Positions 1-8,825 of a stretch of 64,000 bases of DNA are shown here, piece by piece. The notes beneath the pieces are model-generated. The model was not told the origin of the DNA. It was given only the letters and a program-made list of their open reading frames with translations, and ran no database searches. Positions within the stretch are counted from its first letter, which is position 1, and every line of letters starts with the position of its first letter. The translations under genes and the position numbers were made by a program. Source of the DNA: Bacteroidota bacterium (GTDB lineage Bacteria > Bacteroidota > Bacteroidia > Palsa-948); assembly GCA_016195025.1 (NCBI GenBank), contig JACQAL010000036.1, positions 19,411-83,410 of the forward strand, written 5' to 3'.

Positions 1-245
1 CTCCGTCAAAATCCCCTATGAAAATTGCCGAAGAGATGAACTTACTTCAGGAAAGTGATTCTGATTCATTAAGAGAATTGGCAAAGCAAGCCATTTTAAA
101 ATATCCGGAAAAAGTTTCCGAATATAAAAACGGAAAAGTTGGTTTGATAGGACTTTTCATGGGAGAAGTAATGAAACTTTCCAAAGGCAAAGCCGACCCG
201 AAGGTGGCAAATAAATTAGTAAAAGAAATGTTGGATAAAAGTTAA
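1..245 (+). CDS. gatB: 3' end of aspartyl/glutamyl-tRNA amidotransferase subunit B (GatB/YqeY C-terminal domain); the gene continues upstream of the window
   Basis: The C-terminal sequence ...YKNGKVGLIGLFMGEVMKLSKGKADPKVANKLVKEML matches the conserved GatB tail. The frame is open from window position 1. Confidence 0.6.
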   Translation, partial: PSKSPMKIAEEMNLLQESDSDSLRELAKQAILKYPEKVSEYKNGKVGLIGLFMGEVMKLSKGKADPKVANKLVKEMLDKS

Positions 246-254
246 CTTTGCAGT

Positions 255-1433
255 ATGAAAAAATATTTTTGGTTTTTACTTTTCGGTTTTTTGTTTCTGG
301 TTTCCTGCGGAGGCAATAAAGAAATTTCAGATTATCAGGTCGAGGGAAAATTATCAAACAGCAAGAAAGATACCATTCGGCTGGTGGATGTAAACTCCTC
401 GCAGATGAAAGTAATTGATTCTGCCATTGTGAATGAGAAGGGAGAATTTTATTTTACCAAAAAAGTTCCCGAAAAAGGATTTTACAGCATTCAGGTTTCG
501 GGAACAAATAATGTAACCATCATTGCCGACAGTTCAGAGAAAATAATTTTTGAAGGCGATGCAAAAAACCTGGCGGAGAAACCAAAGGTGAGCGGTTCGA
601 AAGATTCAGAAATGTTTCTTCGGTTTAATGAATCTACAAAAACAAATTTCAAAAAAATGGAAGCGCTTCGCATGCAGCAGGATTCCATCCGCAGAGTTTA
701 CGAAGCATACCTGAACACCACGCCCGATAAATTATTTCTCGATTCACTTTCGAAAATGCTGGAGCCCGTTTTCAATAAATTTTCTGACGAGTATAAGAAA
801 ACGGCAGATGAAACCAATTTGTACATCAAAAAATTCATAGATAAAAATCCATCTTCCTTCGCTTCGCTTGCGGCAGTGCAGATGCTGAATCCCGATAAAG
901 ACATTTCTTATTTTATAAAAGTGGCCGATTCGCTCACCGCAAAATATCCCGCAATAAAAAACCTGCAAGGGTTCAAGGAATTTGTTAACGGCAAGAAAAA
1001 ACTTTCCACCGGCATGGCAGCGCCTGAAATTACAATGAACGATAAAGACGGAAAACCGCTTTCGCTTTCTTCGCTGAAAGGAAAAATTGTGCTCGTTGAT
1101 TTCTGGGCATCGTGGTGCAAGCCATGCAGGGCGGAAAATCCATTTGTGGTTTCGCTCTATACTAAATACAAAGATAAAGGGCTGGATATTTTCAGCGTGT
1201 CACTCGATTTTAATAAAGATGCCTGGCTGAAAGCCATTGCGCACGATAAACTCTCCTGGAAAAATCATGTTACGGATTTGAAGCAATGGCAATCGCCTGT
1301 GGTTGCAGAATATGGTTTCCAGGGAATTCCTTTTACAGTTCTTCTCGATAAAAACGGAAATGTTGCCGGAAAAAATCTGGAAGGACCGGAACTCGAAGAA
1401 AAAATTAAGGAACTGCTGAATTGTAAGATGTAA
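255..1433 (+). CDS. TlpA/ResA-like thiol:disulfide oxidoreductase lipoprotein (N-terminal DUF4369-like domain plus C-terminal thioredoxin fold)
   Basis: Lipoprotein signal (LFLVSCGG). A WASWCKPCRAENP redox CxxC motif sits in a thioredoxin-like C-terminal domain. Confidence 0.75.
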   Translation: MKKYFWFLLFGFLFLVSCGGNKEISDYQVEGKLSNSKKDTIRLVDVNSSQMKVIDSAIVNEKGEFYFTKKVPEKGFYSIQVSGTNNVTIIADSSEKIIFEGDAKNLAEKPKVSGSKDSEMFLRFNESTKTNFKKMEALRMQQDSIRRVYEAYLNTTPDKLFLDSLSKMLEPVFNKFSDEYKKTADETNLYIKKFIDKNPSSFASLAAVQMLNPDKDISYFIKVADSLTAKYPAIKNLQGFKEFVNGKKKLSTGMAAPEITMNDKDGKPLSLSSLKGKIVLVDFWASWCKPCRAENPFVVSLYTKYKDKGLDIFSVSLDFNKDAWLKAIAHDKLSWKNHVTDLKQWQSPVVAEYGFQGIPFTVLLDKNGNVAGKNLEGPELEEKIKELLNCKM

Positions 1434-1442
1434 ATTGTTTGC

Positions 1443-1778
1443 TTATCGCTTTCCTCCTCTCGGTTTCGGCTTGAACATACGGATAAGAAAAAATTCTTTT
1501 TTATTCTGGTTGATTCGGTTTGCCCTGCGCTGGTCGCGGTGCATACGTTTGCGCGTGGCTTTTGTCTGAAGCGATTTTTCATGCGCCCGCACTGCTTTTT
1601 TGTCTGCCCGTTCTTCGTTTCGTTTTGCTTTCCATTCCGCTTTGGCTTTTTTGCGTTTCATACGCCTTGTTTCCACATCGTTCTTTTTTTCAGTCGGAGT
1701 TTCTTTATTGTCCTGTGAAAAAACAGGAAATGAAATAAAAAGAAAAAAGACAAGAACTATTTTGAGCGTGAATTTCAT
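1443..1778 (-). CDS. hypothetical small secreted, extremely basic (K/R-rich) protein
   Basis: N-terminal signal peptide MKFTLKIVLVFFLFISFPVFSQ, followed by about 85 residues that are more than 40% K/R. No family recognised. Confidence 0.35.
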   Translation of the reverse strand: MKFTLKIVLVFFLFISFPVFSQDNKETPTEKKNDVETRRMKRKKAKAEWKAKRNEERADKKAVRAHEKSLQTKATRKRMHRDQRRANRINQNKKEFFLIRMFKPKPRGGKR

Positions 1779-1837
1779 TTTTCAGAATACAAGTTTAGAT
1801 AAAAATAATGTAACTTTGTTTCACCTTCAACAGAGAA

Positions 1838-2263
1838 ATGAACAAAGTTGTCAAATATTATTCCATAGTTTTTATGGCGCTTGTTTCTTTTTGCGGATGC
1901 AAGAAAAAAGATAACGATCGTGTTCCGAATGTGTATGTTGATATTTATGTGTATGCAACCGACCCCAATTTTTCACCTCTGAATGCGGTGAACGGCTATC
2001 AATATTTTAGTGGCGGCTCAAAGGGAATTATTGCTTTCCGAAAATCGCAAAATGAAATTATGGCATACGACCGGCACTGCACTTACCAGGTTTCAGATGG
2101 AAATGCCGCGAGCGTTGATGCCAGCGGCTTAATTGCCGTTGACGGAGTGTGCGGTTCAAAATTTTTACTCACCGATGGCTCTGTAAATGCAGGCCCTGCT
2201 TCTGTTCCTCTCAAACGCTATCAAACCACTTTTGACGGAAGCGTTTTACATATCTTCAATTAA
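1838..2263 (+). CDS. hypothetical lipoprotein
   Basis: Lipoprotein signal ...ALVSFCGCKK. No recognisable catalytic motif. Confidence 0.45.
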   Translation: MNKVVKYYSIVFMALVSFCGCKKKDNDRVPNVYVDIYVYATDPNFSPLNAVNGYQYFSGGSKGIIAFRKSQNEIMAYDRHCTYQVSDGNAASVDASGLIAVDGVCGSKFLLTDGSVNAGPASVPLKRYQTTFDGSVLHIFN

Positions 2264-2266
2264 AGT

Positions 2267-3232
2267 ATGATTGTAGTCACAGGAGCTGCAGGATTTATCG
2301 GAAGTTGTTTGGTTTCGAAACTGAATCAGGAAGGATTTAAAGATATTGTGGTGGTAGATGACTTTTCACGTGAAGAGAAAAATAAAAATCTTTCCGGAAA
2401 AATAGTTTCAAAAAATATTCACCGCGATGATTTTTCGGCCTGGCTGAAGGAAAATCACCGCATGGTGCAGTTTGTTTTTCATATTGGCGCAAGAACAGAC
2501 ACTGCCGAATTTGATAAAACGATTTTCGACAAACTCAATCTCAACTATTCAAAAAAAATATGGAGCATTTGCGTGGAGTTTGGTCTTCCGCTCGTGTATG
2601 CTTCTTCTGCGGCTACGTATGGAGCAGGGGAATTTGGCTACGATGACAATCACGCTCTCGTTGAAAAATTAAAACCGCTGAATCCTTACGGAGAATCAAA
2701 AAATGAATTTGATAAATGGGCTTTGAAGCAGGAGCGCAAACCTTACTTCTGGTGCGGACTGAAATTTTTCAATGTATACGGTCCGAATGAATATCATAAA
2801 GGAAGAATGGCATCGGTGATTTTTCATGCGTTCAATCAAATTCAGGAAACCGGTAAAGTAAAATTATTCCGCTCGCATAATCCGAAATATAAAAACGGAG
2901 AACAGTTGCGGGATTTTGTATACGTAAAAGATGTAACCGATGTCTGCTTATGGTTTTTGCGCACACGGAAAAATTCCGGCATTTACAATTTGGGTTCGGG
3001 CACGGCAAGAACATTTTTAGATTTGGCAAATACTGTTTTTTTATCGCTCGGGAAAAAACCAACCGTTGAATTTATAGATACGCCTGCTGATATTCGCGAT
3101 AAATACCAATACTTCACCGAAGCAAAAATGGAAAAATTAAAAAATGCAGGATGCGAAATTAAATTCACTTCGCTGGAAGAAGGAATTAATGATTACGCGG
3201 TAAATTATCTTGAAGAAAAAAAATATTATTAG
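2267..3232 (+). CDS. hldD: ADP-L-glycero-D-manno-heptose 6-epimerase
   Basis: N-terminal NAD-binding motif VVTGAAGFIGS. Length and overall similarity fit the RfaD/HldD family of SDR epimerases. Confidence 0.8.
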   Translation: MIVVTGAAGFIGSCLVSKLNQEGFKDIVVVDDFSREEKNKNLSGKIVSKNIHRDDFSAWLKENHRMVQFVFHIGARTDTAEFDKTIFDKLNLNYSKKIWSICVEFGLPLVYASSAATYGAGEFGYDDNHALVEKLKPLNPYGESKNEFDKWALKQERKPYFWCGLKFFNVYGPNEYHKGRMASVIFHAFNQIQETGKVKLFRSHNPKYKNGEQLRDFVYVKDVTDVCLWFLRTRKNSGIYNLGSGTARTFLDLANTVFLSLGKKPTVEFIDTPADIRDKYQYFTEAKMEKLKNAGCEIKFTSLEEGINDYAVNYLEEKKYY

Positions 3233-3933
3233 CGGCTCACGCACATTTTCCCCGAAGAAATGTTTTCATTCCCGGAAATCAAATCGTAGGAGTAAACTCC
3301 GGCAGGCAAATCAAGATTCATAACATTAATCCCCTGCCCTACCCTGTTCGTGCTTACTGCGCTTCCGTAAATATTGTAGAACACAAGCGTCATGCTGCCT
3401 GTGTTTTTCTCAGATGAAATTGCTATGCTGAAATTTTCTCCTGCCATTACGGGTGACGGATAAATTTTCACATTCGCTTTTCCTGTGGAATGTTCATTCA
3501 CGCCAGCCACGCATAAGGTAGAACAATAATAGCGCTGATACAAAGTATTGGAAGGAGTGCTTACATTTTTAAATTTGAAATAGCAGGTGCCGCTGTCAAC
3601 AGTGGTAGTATAAAAATGCAGAATAAATTTTTGATGCGCATTAGACGCAAGAGAAAAACGCACGCTGTCTTTTGTGGGAAGATAGCATACATTGAGGCAA
3701 AATGCAGTTGTCCAGCCGGAAGCCGCCACATTCTGCACGCGCACCACATCTATATCGAGCGTATTGGGAGTGCTATTATAAATGGTGTCGCCCAAATAAC
3801 ATTCAATATCCTTGCCGGCAGTATCGCATCTGGATGTATCGGGCATGGCAATGGTGAGTGCCTGCGAAAATCCTTCTACTACGCCTAAGAGGCTGCTCAG
3901 GATGACAACTATCAAGAGTAATAATTTTTTCAT
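3229..3933 (-). CDS. secreted protein with T9SS (Por) C-terminal sorting domain
   Basis: Signal peptide plus a C-terminal beta-rich tail (...VYSYDLISGNENISSGKMCVSR) typical of type A T9SS CTDs. It is a paralog of the gene at 4076..4777. Confidence 0.55.
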   Translation of the reverse strand: MKKLLLLIVVILSSLLGVVEGFSQALTIAMPDTSRCDTAGKDIECYLGDTIYNSTPNTLDIDVVRVQNVAASGWTTAFCLNVCYLPTKDSVRFSLASNAHQKFILHFYTTTVDSGTCYFKFKNVSTPSNTLYQRYYCSTLCVAGVNEHSTGKANVKIYPSPVMAGENFSIAISSEKNTGSMTLVFYNIYGSAVSTNRVGQGINVMNLDLPAGVYSYDLISGNENISSGKMCVSR

Positions 3934-4075
3934 ACTAAATTTTTTACAAAGTAATTCATCCGGTGTTTATTCCTGAAACTAAATGTACTCGGTTTTTTAA
4001 TATTCTACAGAACAAAATTAGAATTAATTAACTGCTATGCAACAAAATGGCGCTGGCAAAATTAATTTTGATACC

Positions 4076-4777
4076 TTATTTTGTAACGGCAATTTTTCCT
4101 GTCTTCAAAAGAGAATTCCGGTTAATTAAATTGTAAATATAAATTCCCTGCGGAAGATTCATGGAAAAATAATTATCTCCGCTTACCAGCCCGTCAATGT
4201 GAGAAGCGCGGTTCCCGCACACATCATAAACAATAAGAGAATAGTTGCCTTCTATATGCCGCCTGTCAGAAATACGGAAGCAGAATGTGCTTCCCGCAAT
4301 TACTGGCGAAGGAAAAAGCTGAACGCTTACATCCTCTGCAATTTCATTTGCGTGTAATCCCTTTACAGTGATTCCAACAAACTTTTTGTAAAAAACATTG
4401 GTTGAATCAGATTCATTTCTGAATCTTACAATCACCGTGGAAGTATCGGCAACAGAGTCGGAATAAAAGTGCATGCGAAACACGCCTGCCGACTGTGCGT
4501 AAAAATATTCATTGGCGCTGTCCACCCATTGAGGATAGCAAACATCAAGGCAGAGAGAAGTTCCCCAGCCGGGAGCGGTATCGTTCAGGACGCGAATGGC
4601 GTCCACCCACAATCCTTTATTGGAAGTATTCTTCAAACTATCTTCGCAATAAAACGCATCGCCCGGATTTGCATATTCTACGGTATCGGTTCCCAAGAAA
4701 ATAACACTCTGCGCAAAACTTTTAGAAGTAAAAACAGTAAGCAATAAACAAACGGAAAGAAAAAAAATTTTTCTCAT
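4076..4777 (-). CDS. secreted protein with T9SS C-terminal sorting domain (paralog of 3229..3933)
   Basis: Signal peptide. It shares blocks with the neighbour (CL[ND]VCY..., ...HFY..., FRNESDSTN) and ends in a CTD (...IYIYNLINRNSLLKTGKIAVTK). Confidence 0.55.
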   Translation of the reverse strand: MRKIFFLSVCLLLTVFTSKSFAQSVIFLGTDTVEYANPGDAFYCEDSLKNTSNKGLWVDAIRVLNDTAPGWGTSLCLDVCYPQWVDSANEYFYAQSAGVFRMHFYSDSVADTSTVIVRFRNESDSTNVFYKKFVGITVKGLHANEIAEDVSVQLFPSPVIAGSTFCFRISDRRHIEGNYSLIVYDVCGNRASHIDGLVSGDNYFSMNLPQGIYIYNLINRNSLLKTGKIAVTK

Positions 4778-4780
4778 CCT

Positions 4781-5770
4781 TTATTCAATTATAATTTTCC
4801 CGGAAGAAACAGTTCCGTTTTCATCGCTGAGTTTGTAAAAATAAATTCCATGCCCCGTCCCTGAAGGGAGAGAGACCTGAATGGTTGAATTGTTGGATGG
4901 CTGGATGGTTGATGCAAAAACTTTTTCTCCAAACACATTGTATATTTCTAAACCGGAAACAGCAGACCGTAAACCGGAAACTGTAAATCTGCCGTCAGCC
5001 GATGGATTGGGATAAACAGAAATAGTTGATGAAACATTCGGCTCGTTTACGGAAGTGAGCACAGCAAGCAACTGGTCAATGCAGGGAGCCATTTCGTTGG
5101 GCGCTTTGTCAAACCAGCCGTGCTTGCAGTAAACTTTTCCATCAGCGGGGTTAATGAGGTACGCATTGTTGGGTGCAGGACCAAAGTGCGTCCAGAACTC
5201 GTTGCACGGACCATCAATTACCATAGGAATACTTGGATTTGCCGGTGTATAACAGGCGCAGGTATTGTTCACCATATCGGTGGCAGTTGCTTTTCGCTGA
5301 CCATAAGTGGTTTCCTGAAGATATTTGATTGTGTTCGGATTCGGGTCCCATACATTGCAACTATAAGGGCTTACATCCGGAGATTTGGGATGCGCTTCGC
5401 AAACATACACTACCAGGAAATTTACCTTGCTTCCGTATTTGCTAAAAAGCATATTTAAACTATCCGTTTTGCCGCGCCAAACGGGGCAGGTATAACTTCC
5501 CGCCACAATGCAAAGCGGCTTGCCGGTGTTAATTAACGTTTGCGCATTGTAAGGAGTTCCTGAAATAGTATAAAGCGTAAAATCGGGAATGAGCGTGCCC
5601 ACGAGGTAACCATCGGTATCAAAGTTGTAACTTCCCGAACAGGCAGGCGTGCAAACGCTGCTATTATCGGGCGGAAGAACGGAAACCCCGATGGTTGGAG
5701 CCAGCGTGGCCTGGGAAAACAAAGCAATGGAAAAAAGAATGGCGGAGGTGAGGGTAAAAAGTTTTTTCAT
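4781..5770 (-). CDS. Cys-rich secreted protein with a peroxiredoxin/thioredoxin-fold-like region (GSYTCPVW) and a T9SS C-terminal domain
   Basis: Signal peptide. Contains a TCPV redoxin-like motif and many cysteines. C-terminal CTD ...IYFYKLSDENGTVSSGKIIIE. Confidence 0.5.
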   Translation of the reverse strand: MKKLFTLTSAILFSIALFSQATLAPTIGVSVLPPDNSSVCTPACSGSYNFDTDGYLVGTLIPDFTLYTISGTPYNAQTLINTGKPLCIVAGSYTCPVWRGKTDSLNMLFSKYGSKVNFLVVYVCEAHPKSPDVSPYSCNVWDPNPNTIKYLQETTYGQRKATATDMVNNTCACYTPANPSIPMVIDGPCNEFWTHFGPAPNNAYLINPADGKVYCKHGWFDKAPNEMAPCIDQLLAVLTSVNEPNVSSTISVYPNPSADGRFTVSGLRSAVSGLEIYNVFGEKVFASTIQPSNNSTIQVSLPSGTGHGIYFYKLSDENGTVSSGKIIIE

Positions 5771-5782
5771 CTGTAAAATTTA

Positions 5783-6124
5783 TTAGTTGATGTTAATTGA
5801 AACGCTTTTTGTTTTGGATTGCTTGCCCGGGTGGTTCACCGTGCACGATACCGTTATTTGCGAAGCACCTGCCGGAGCATTATACACCACCTGAGCGCTG
5901 CTGCCGCTGATGCTTCCTGAATTTACAGACCAATGGTAGGTTATTTCGGGGCAGGCATTCTGCACGGTGGCGGTTATTTTGGTGGATGCCGATTTGGAAA
6001 GCGTATACGTATCGGCAGAAAGATTGGTGAATTGAATCTCATCATTCGTTTTGGACGCACCTGGCTTCAGGCAGGAAGAGAAAACGATGGCAATAAAACC
6101 AATAAAAAGAAGAAGTTTTTTCAT
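5783..6124 (-). CDS. hypothetical lipoprotein (Ig-like beta protein)
   Basis: Lipoprotein signal ...VFSSCLKPG followed by a beta-rich sequence. Confidence 0.4.
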   Translation of the reverse strand: MKKLLLFIGFIAIVFSSCLKPGASKTNDEIQFTNLSADTYTLSKSASTKITATVQNACPEITYHWSVNSGSISGSSAQVVYNAPAGASQITVSCTVNHPGKQSKTKSVSININ

Positions 6125-6190
6125 GTTGAAAGATTGTTAAGGATGGATTTGTCCTTAGACGTATAAAGGTAGTAAAAGGTTACAGAAAAA

Positions 6191-6424
6191 CTAAAGTATT
6201 CCTATATACCAGCCCCAATCCTGCCCGTCACCCCAGTTCAATGTACCATCTAATCTTCTTGATTCTGCAGGCAAACTGCAACCATCGCAATCACCTATTT
6301 TCACGAAATTATTATTAAGCCGGTATCTATAATACCAATACTTTCCATGGTTCTCCACTGGGCTTTGAGAGAAAACCTCTAAATGACAAAAGATAAAAAA
6401 TAAAATTATTATTATTCTATTCAT
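6191..6424 (-). CDS. hypothetical small secreted protein (start placed at the internal MNRIIIILFF... signal)
   Basis: Signal-like N-terminus. Lies in a very AT-rich stretch. Confidence 0.3.
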   Translation of the reverse strand: MNRIIIILFFIFCHLEVFSQSPVENHGKYWYYRYRLNNNFVKIGDCDGCSLPAESRRLDGTLNWGDGQDWGWYIGIL

Positions 6425-6867
6425 AAAAATCCACAATAGTCTGTTGTTTTTTTTAATTTTAAGTAATATTCTTTATTATTATAAGTAGTTTTTAACCAAA
6501 ATTCTTTATTTGTTAAACGTTGTATTGCCCATTCGGTATCATCTGGATATAAAAAAAGAGGAGGATAACCATATACACGCGTAACAATTATATGTGTTCG
6601 ACCATCGAAACTTAACCTCCCATCCCTCCCATTGCGACCAATTTTAGAATAATCTTCTCCTTTATATCCAATTGTATATCCTCCACGATTATGTCCAATT
6701 CCCGTTGAGTCTGCATTATCAATAAGAACGGTTTCCACATTCCAATCTCCCCTTATTCTACGCGTTGCACCTCTCAAACTAATACACGGTCCCTCAGGAT
6801 ATTTTTTGCAATCGGTGATGCAAAACGTAATGAGTAGGAAAAACAATATGTGTTTTTTATATTTCAT
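6421..6867 (-). CDS. lipocalin-like lipoprotein (start at MKYKKHILFFLLITFCITDCKK rather than the upstream ATG)
   Basis: Lipobox ITDC followed by GDWNVETV, a lipocalin-like GxW motif. AT-rich. Confidence 0.4.
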   Translation of the reverse strand: MKYKKHILFFLLITFCITDCKKYPEGPCISLRGATRRIRGDWNVETVLIDNADSTGIGHNRGGYTIGYKGEDYSKIGRNGRDGRLSFDGRTHIIVTRVYGYPPLFLYPDDTEWAIQRLTNKEFWLKTTYNNKEYYLKLKKTTDYCGFL

Positions 6868-7258
6868 ATTCTTACTACTTGATTTTATTTTCCAACTTTT
6901 CAATTTTATCCGATAATAGTTCAATCATTTTATCCTGCTTCTCCAATTTGTTTTTCAACTCCTTATTCTCTTTATCTTTTTCCACCATGTATATAAATAA
7001 TTCTTCTATGGATTGCTGGTGCAGGTAGAGCATATCATTTATGCTCATACCATTTGATAGGATTTCTTTTTCGCTGGGATAATTTTACGGAAATGTTTGC
7101 GAAAGGTTTCAGAAAAGGAGAGAAAAAAATCAACCGCTCCCTCTCCGTGCTGTTAACAATTTTTAACATCCTTCTTCAAATAAACTTCCTCCTGCTGCCG
7201 TTAGAACATTTATAAAAACAACCGCATGCAAAAAAAATTACGCTAACGCTTATGCACC

Positions 7259-7504
7259 GTGAGCATAAAAGAAATAGAATACGTCCTCTCCAGGATAGGA
7301 GAAGAACAAGCCGAAGAATTTTATAAATATTTTCGCAGCCGCAGGTTTTCTTTTTCCGCCATTCATAAATATATCGAGTTAAAAAAACTGCTTCCTGCCA
7401 TCACTTCGAGCAAGCCGGTGCAACTCATTGCCCGCCAGTTTCACAAATCACGAATGTTTGTTTACCGTCTTAGAAAAAAATTCAACCGCAAACCACCCCC
7501 CTGA
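7259..7504 (+). pseudogene. possible remnant of an IS-family transposase OrfA (HTH only)
   Basis: ...KPVQLIARQFHKSRMFVYRLRKKF resembles the HTH_Tnp motif of IS3-like OrfA (e.g. IAREFGVSRSTLYRWRKKY). No catalytic ORF follows. Confidence 0.3.
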
Positions 7505-7669
7505 AAATTTTGTAACAGGTTGGGCAAACATGTTACAACGCCCCCGCGTTATAGCATAAGAAATAAAATCAACCGCAAAAAGATGAAGCAACTTTACTCA
7601 GGCGCGAACTAAAATTCAAACCGAATCACGAACAATAAAGTTTGTGATAACTGTTAAAACAAAAATAAA

Positions 7670-8377
7670 ATGAAACGTATTTTTTTCGCAGTCATGCACT
7701 GCACGCCCAAGCAATTCGGAAAATTATTTCAATTGCTCAACAAAGTGATTGGCAAACTCACTGCTAATTCCAACATCTACGGCAATCCCGACCCTTCGCT
7801 GGGTGTTCTGCAAAACGAGGTGGTGCCTTTTGAAAAAGCCATTGCCGATGCAAAAAAAGGAGGCAGCGAAGCCACCGAAGCCCGCAACAAGGAAGCGCTG
7901 AAAGTTCACGGCTTGCTCAAAGAGGAACTTACCTATGTGAACAAGGTTGCAAAGAACGACAAGGACACCATTCTTCTTTCGGGTTTTGATGCAAGCGAAG
8001 AGCCGGAACCCGCTGAAGTTCCCGATGCTCCTGTAATTAAAAAAATTGACGATGGCGATTCACCGGGCACTGCAAAAATTTTTCTGGCGAAAACCACCAG
8101 CCCGCTCCTGACCAAAAAACAGAAATTAACTTTCATAATAGAAATGACCACCACCGTTTCTGATGAAAGCAGTTTCAAAACAGTTTTGCTCACGCATAAT
8201 TCAAAAAAACTGATTGTGCCCAACCTCGTTCGCGGGCAGGAAGTGTTCATTCGTATTTCGGTAATGAACGCCCGCGGGCAGAGCAACTGGAGTACGGTCG
8301 TTTCTTTCATTTCAAGAACGGGAGTAAACCCTCCATCGCCATCGCCCAATCCGAATCCGCTGCCGCCTGCCGTTTAA
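7670..8377 (+). CDS. hypothetical protein with an FN3-like C-terminal region and a P/S/N-rich tail
   Basis: No signal peptide. C-terminal beta-rich block and PSPSPNPNPLPP tail. No family recognised. Confidence 0.4.
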   Translation: MKRIFFAVMHCTPKQFGKLFQLLNKVIGKLTANSNIYGNPDPSLGVLQNEVVPFEKAIADAKKGGSEATEARNKEALKVHGLLKEELTYVNKVAKNDKDTILLSGFDASEEPEPAEVPDAPVIKKIDDGDSPGTAKIFLAKTTSPLLTKKQKLTFIIEMTTTVSDESSFKTVLLTHNSKKLIVPNLVRGQEVFIRISVMNARGQSNWSTVVSFISRTGVNPPSPSPNPNPLPPAV

Positions 8378-8385
8378 CCGTCATG

Positions 8386-8441
8386 GAGCAGCCCTGCCTG
8401 TCATCACTAAACAAAAAAACCGATGGCGGGCAGGGCTTTTT
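8386..8441 (+). terminator. rho-independent terminator after 7670..8377
   Basis: GC stem gccctgcc(8391-8398)/ggcagggc(8429-8436) with inner catc/gatg pairing, followed by TTTTTCG. Confidence 0.45.
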
Positions 8442-8712
8442 CGTAACCGTTCGCGGAGTTACCGTCATCGTTCACCGAGTTACCGATATACTTCACCGGC
8501 TTACCGATGTACTTCACCGGCTTATCGTCATACATCAGGGGCTTATCTCCATATTTCAGCCGCTTACCTCCATACTTCAGCCGCTTATCGATGTACCTCC
8601 ATACTTCACCCATTTACCGTCATACTTCAGGGGCTTATCGTCATACTTCGATGGCTTACCGATATACATCACTCGCTTACCTCCATCGATAAGTCGCTTA
8701 CCTATCATCATT
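8440..8712. repeat. tandem repeat of about 12 copies of a 21-bp unit (consensus cttaycgnyatacttcasygg)
   Basis: Direct reading shows the units cttaccgatatacttcaccgg, cttaccgatgtacttcaccgg, cttatcgtcatacatcagggg, cttatctccatatttcagccg, cttacctccatacttcagccg and so on. Both strands translate it as open 7-aa repeats (KPVKYIG on minus, HRLTDVL on plus). Confidence 0.85.
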
Positions 8713-8825
8713 TTCCGATTGATTCTGCATATTACTTTGTATTCTGCAAAATTCCGATAGATGTAGGGAACAGAATTTTACTTTTCTCTGAAAAAGATGC
8801 TGCGATGTAAATAGAAAAATCAGTT

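Noticed and set aside
4877-4912. A ggatggctggatggttgatg motif inside the T9SS gene that resembles ggatggttggatga upstream of argG
   Set aside because: It is a short, low-complexity match inside a coding region, and is most likely coincidence.
7259-7504. Complete insertion sequence
   Set aside because: Only an HTH-like fragment is present. There is no DDE/transposase catalytic ORF and there are no terminal inverted repeats, so at most it is a remnant.
8440-8712. Possible CRISPR array
   Set aside because: The units are contiguous 21-bp direct repeats without unique spacers, and no cas genes are nearby. It is a minisatellite, not a CRISPR array.
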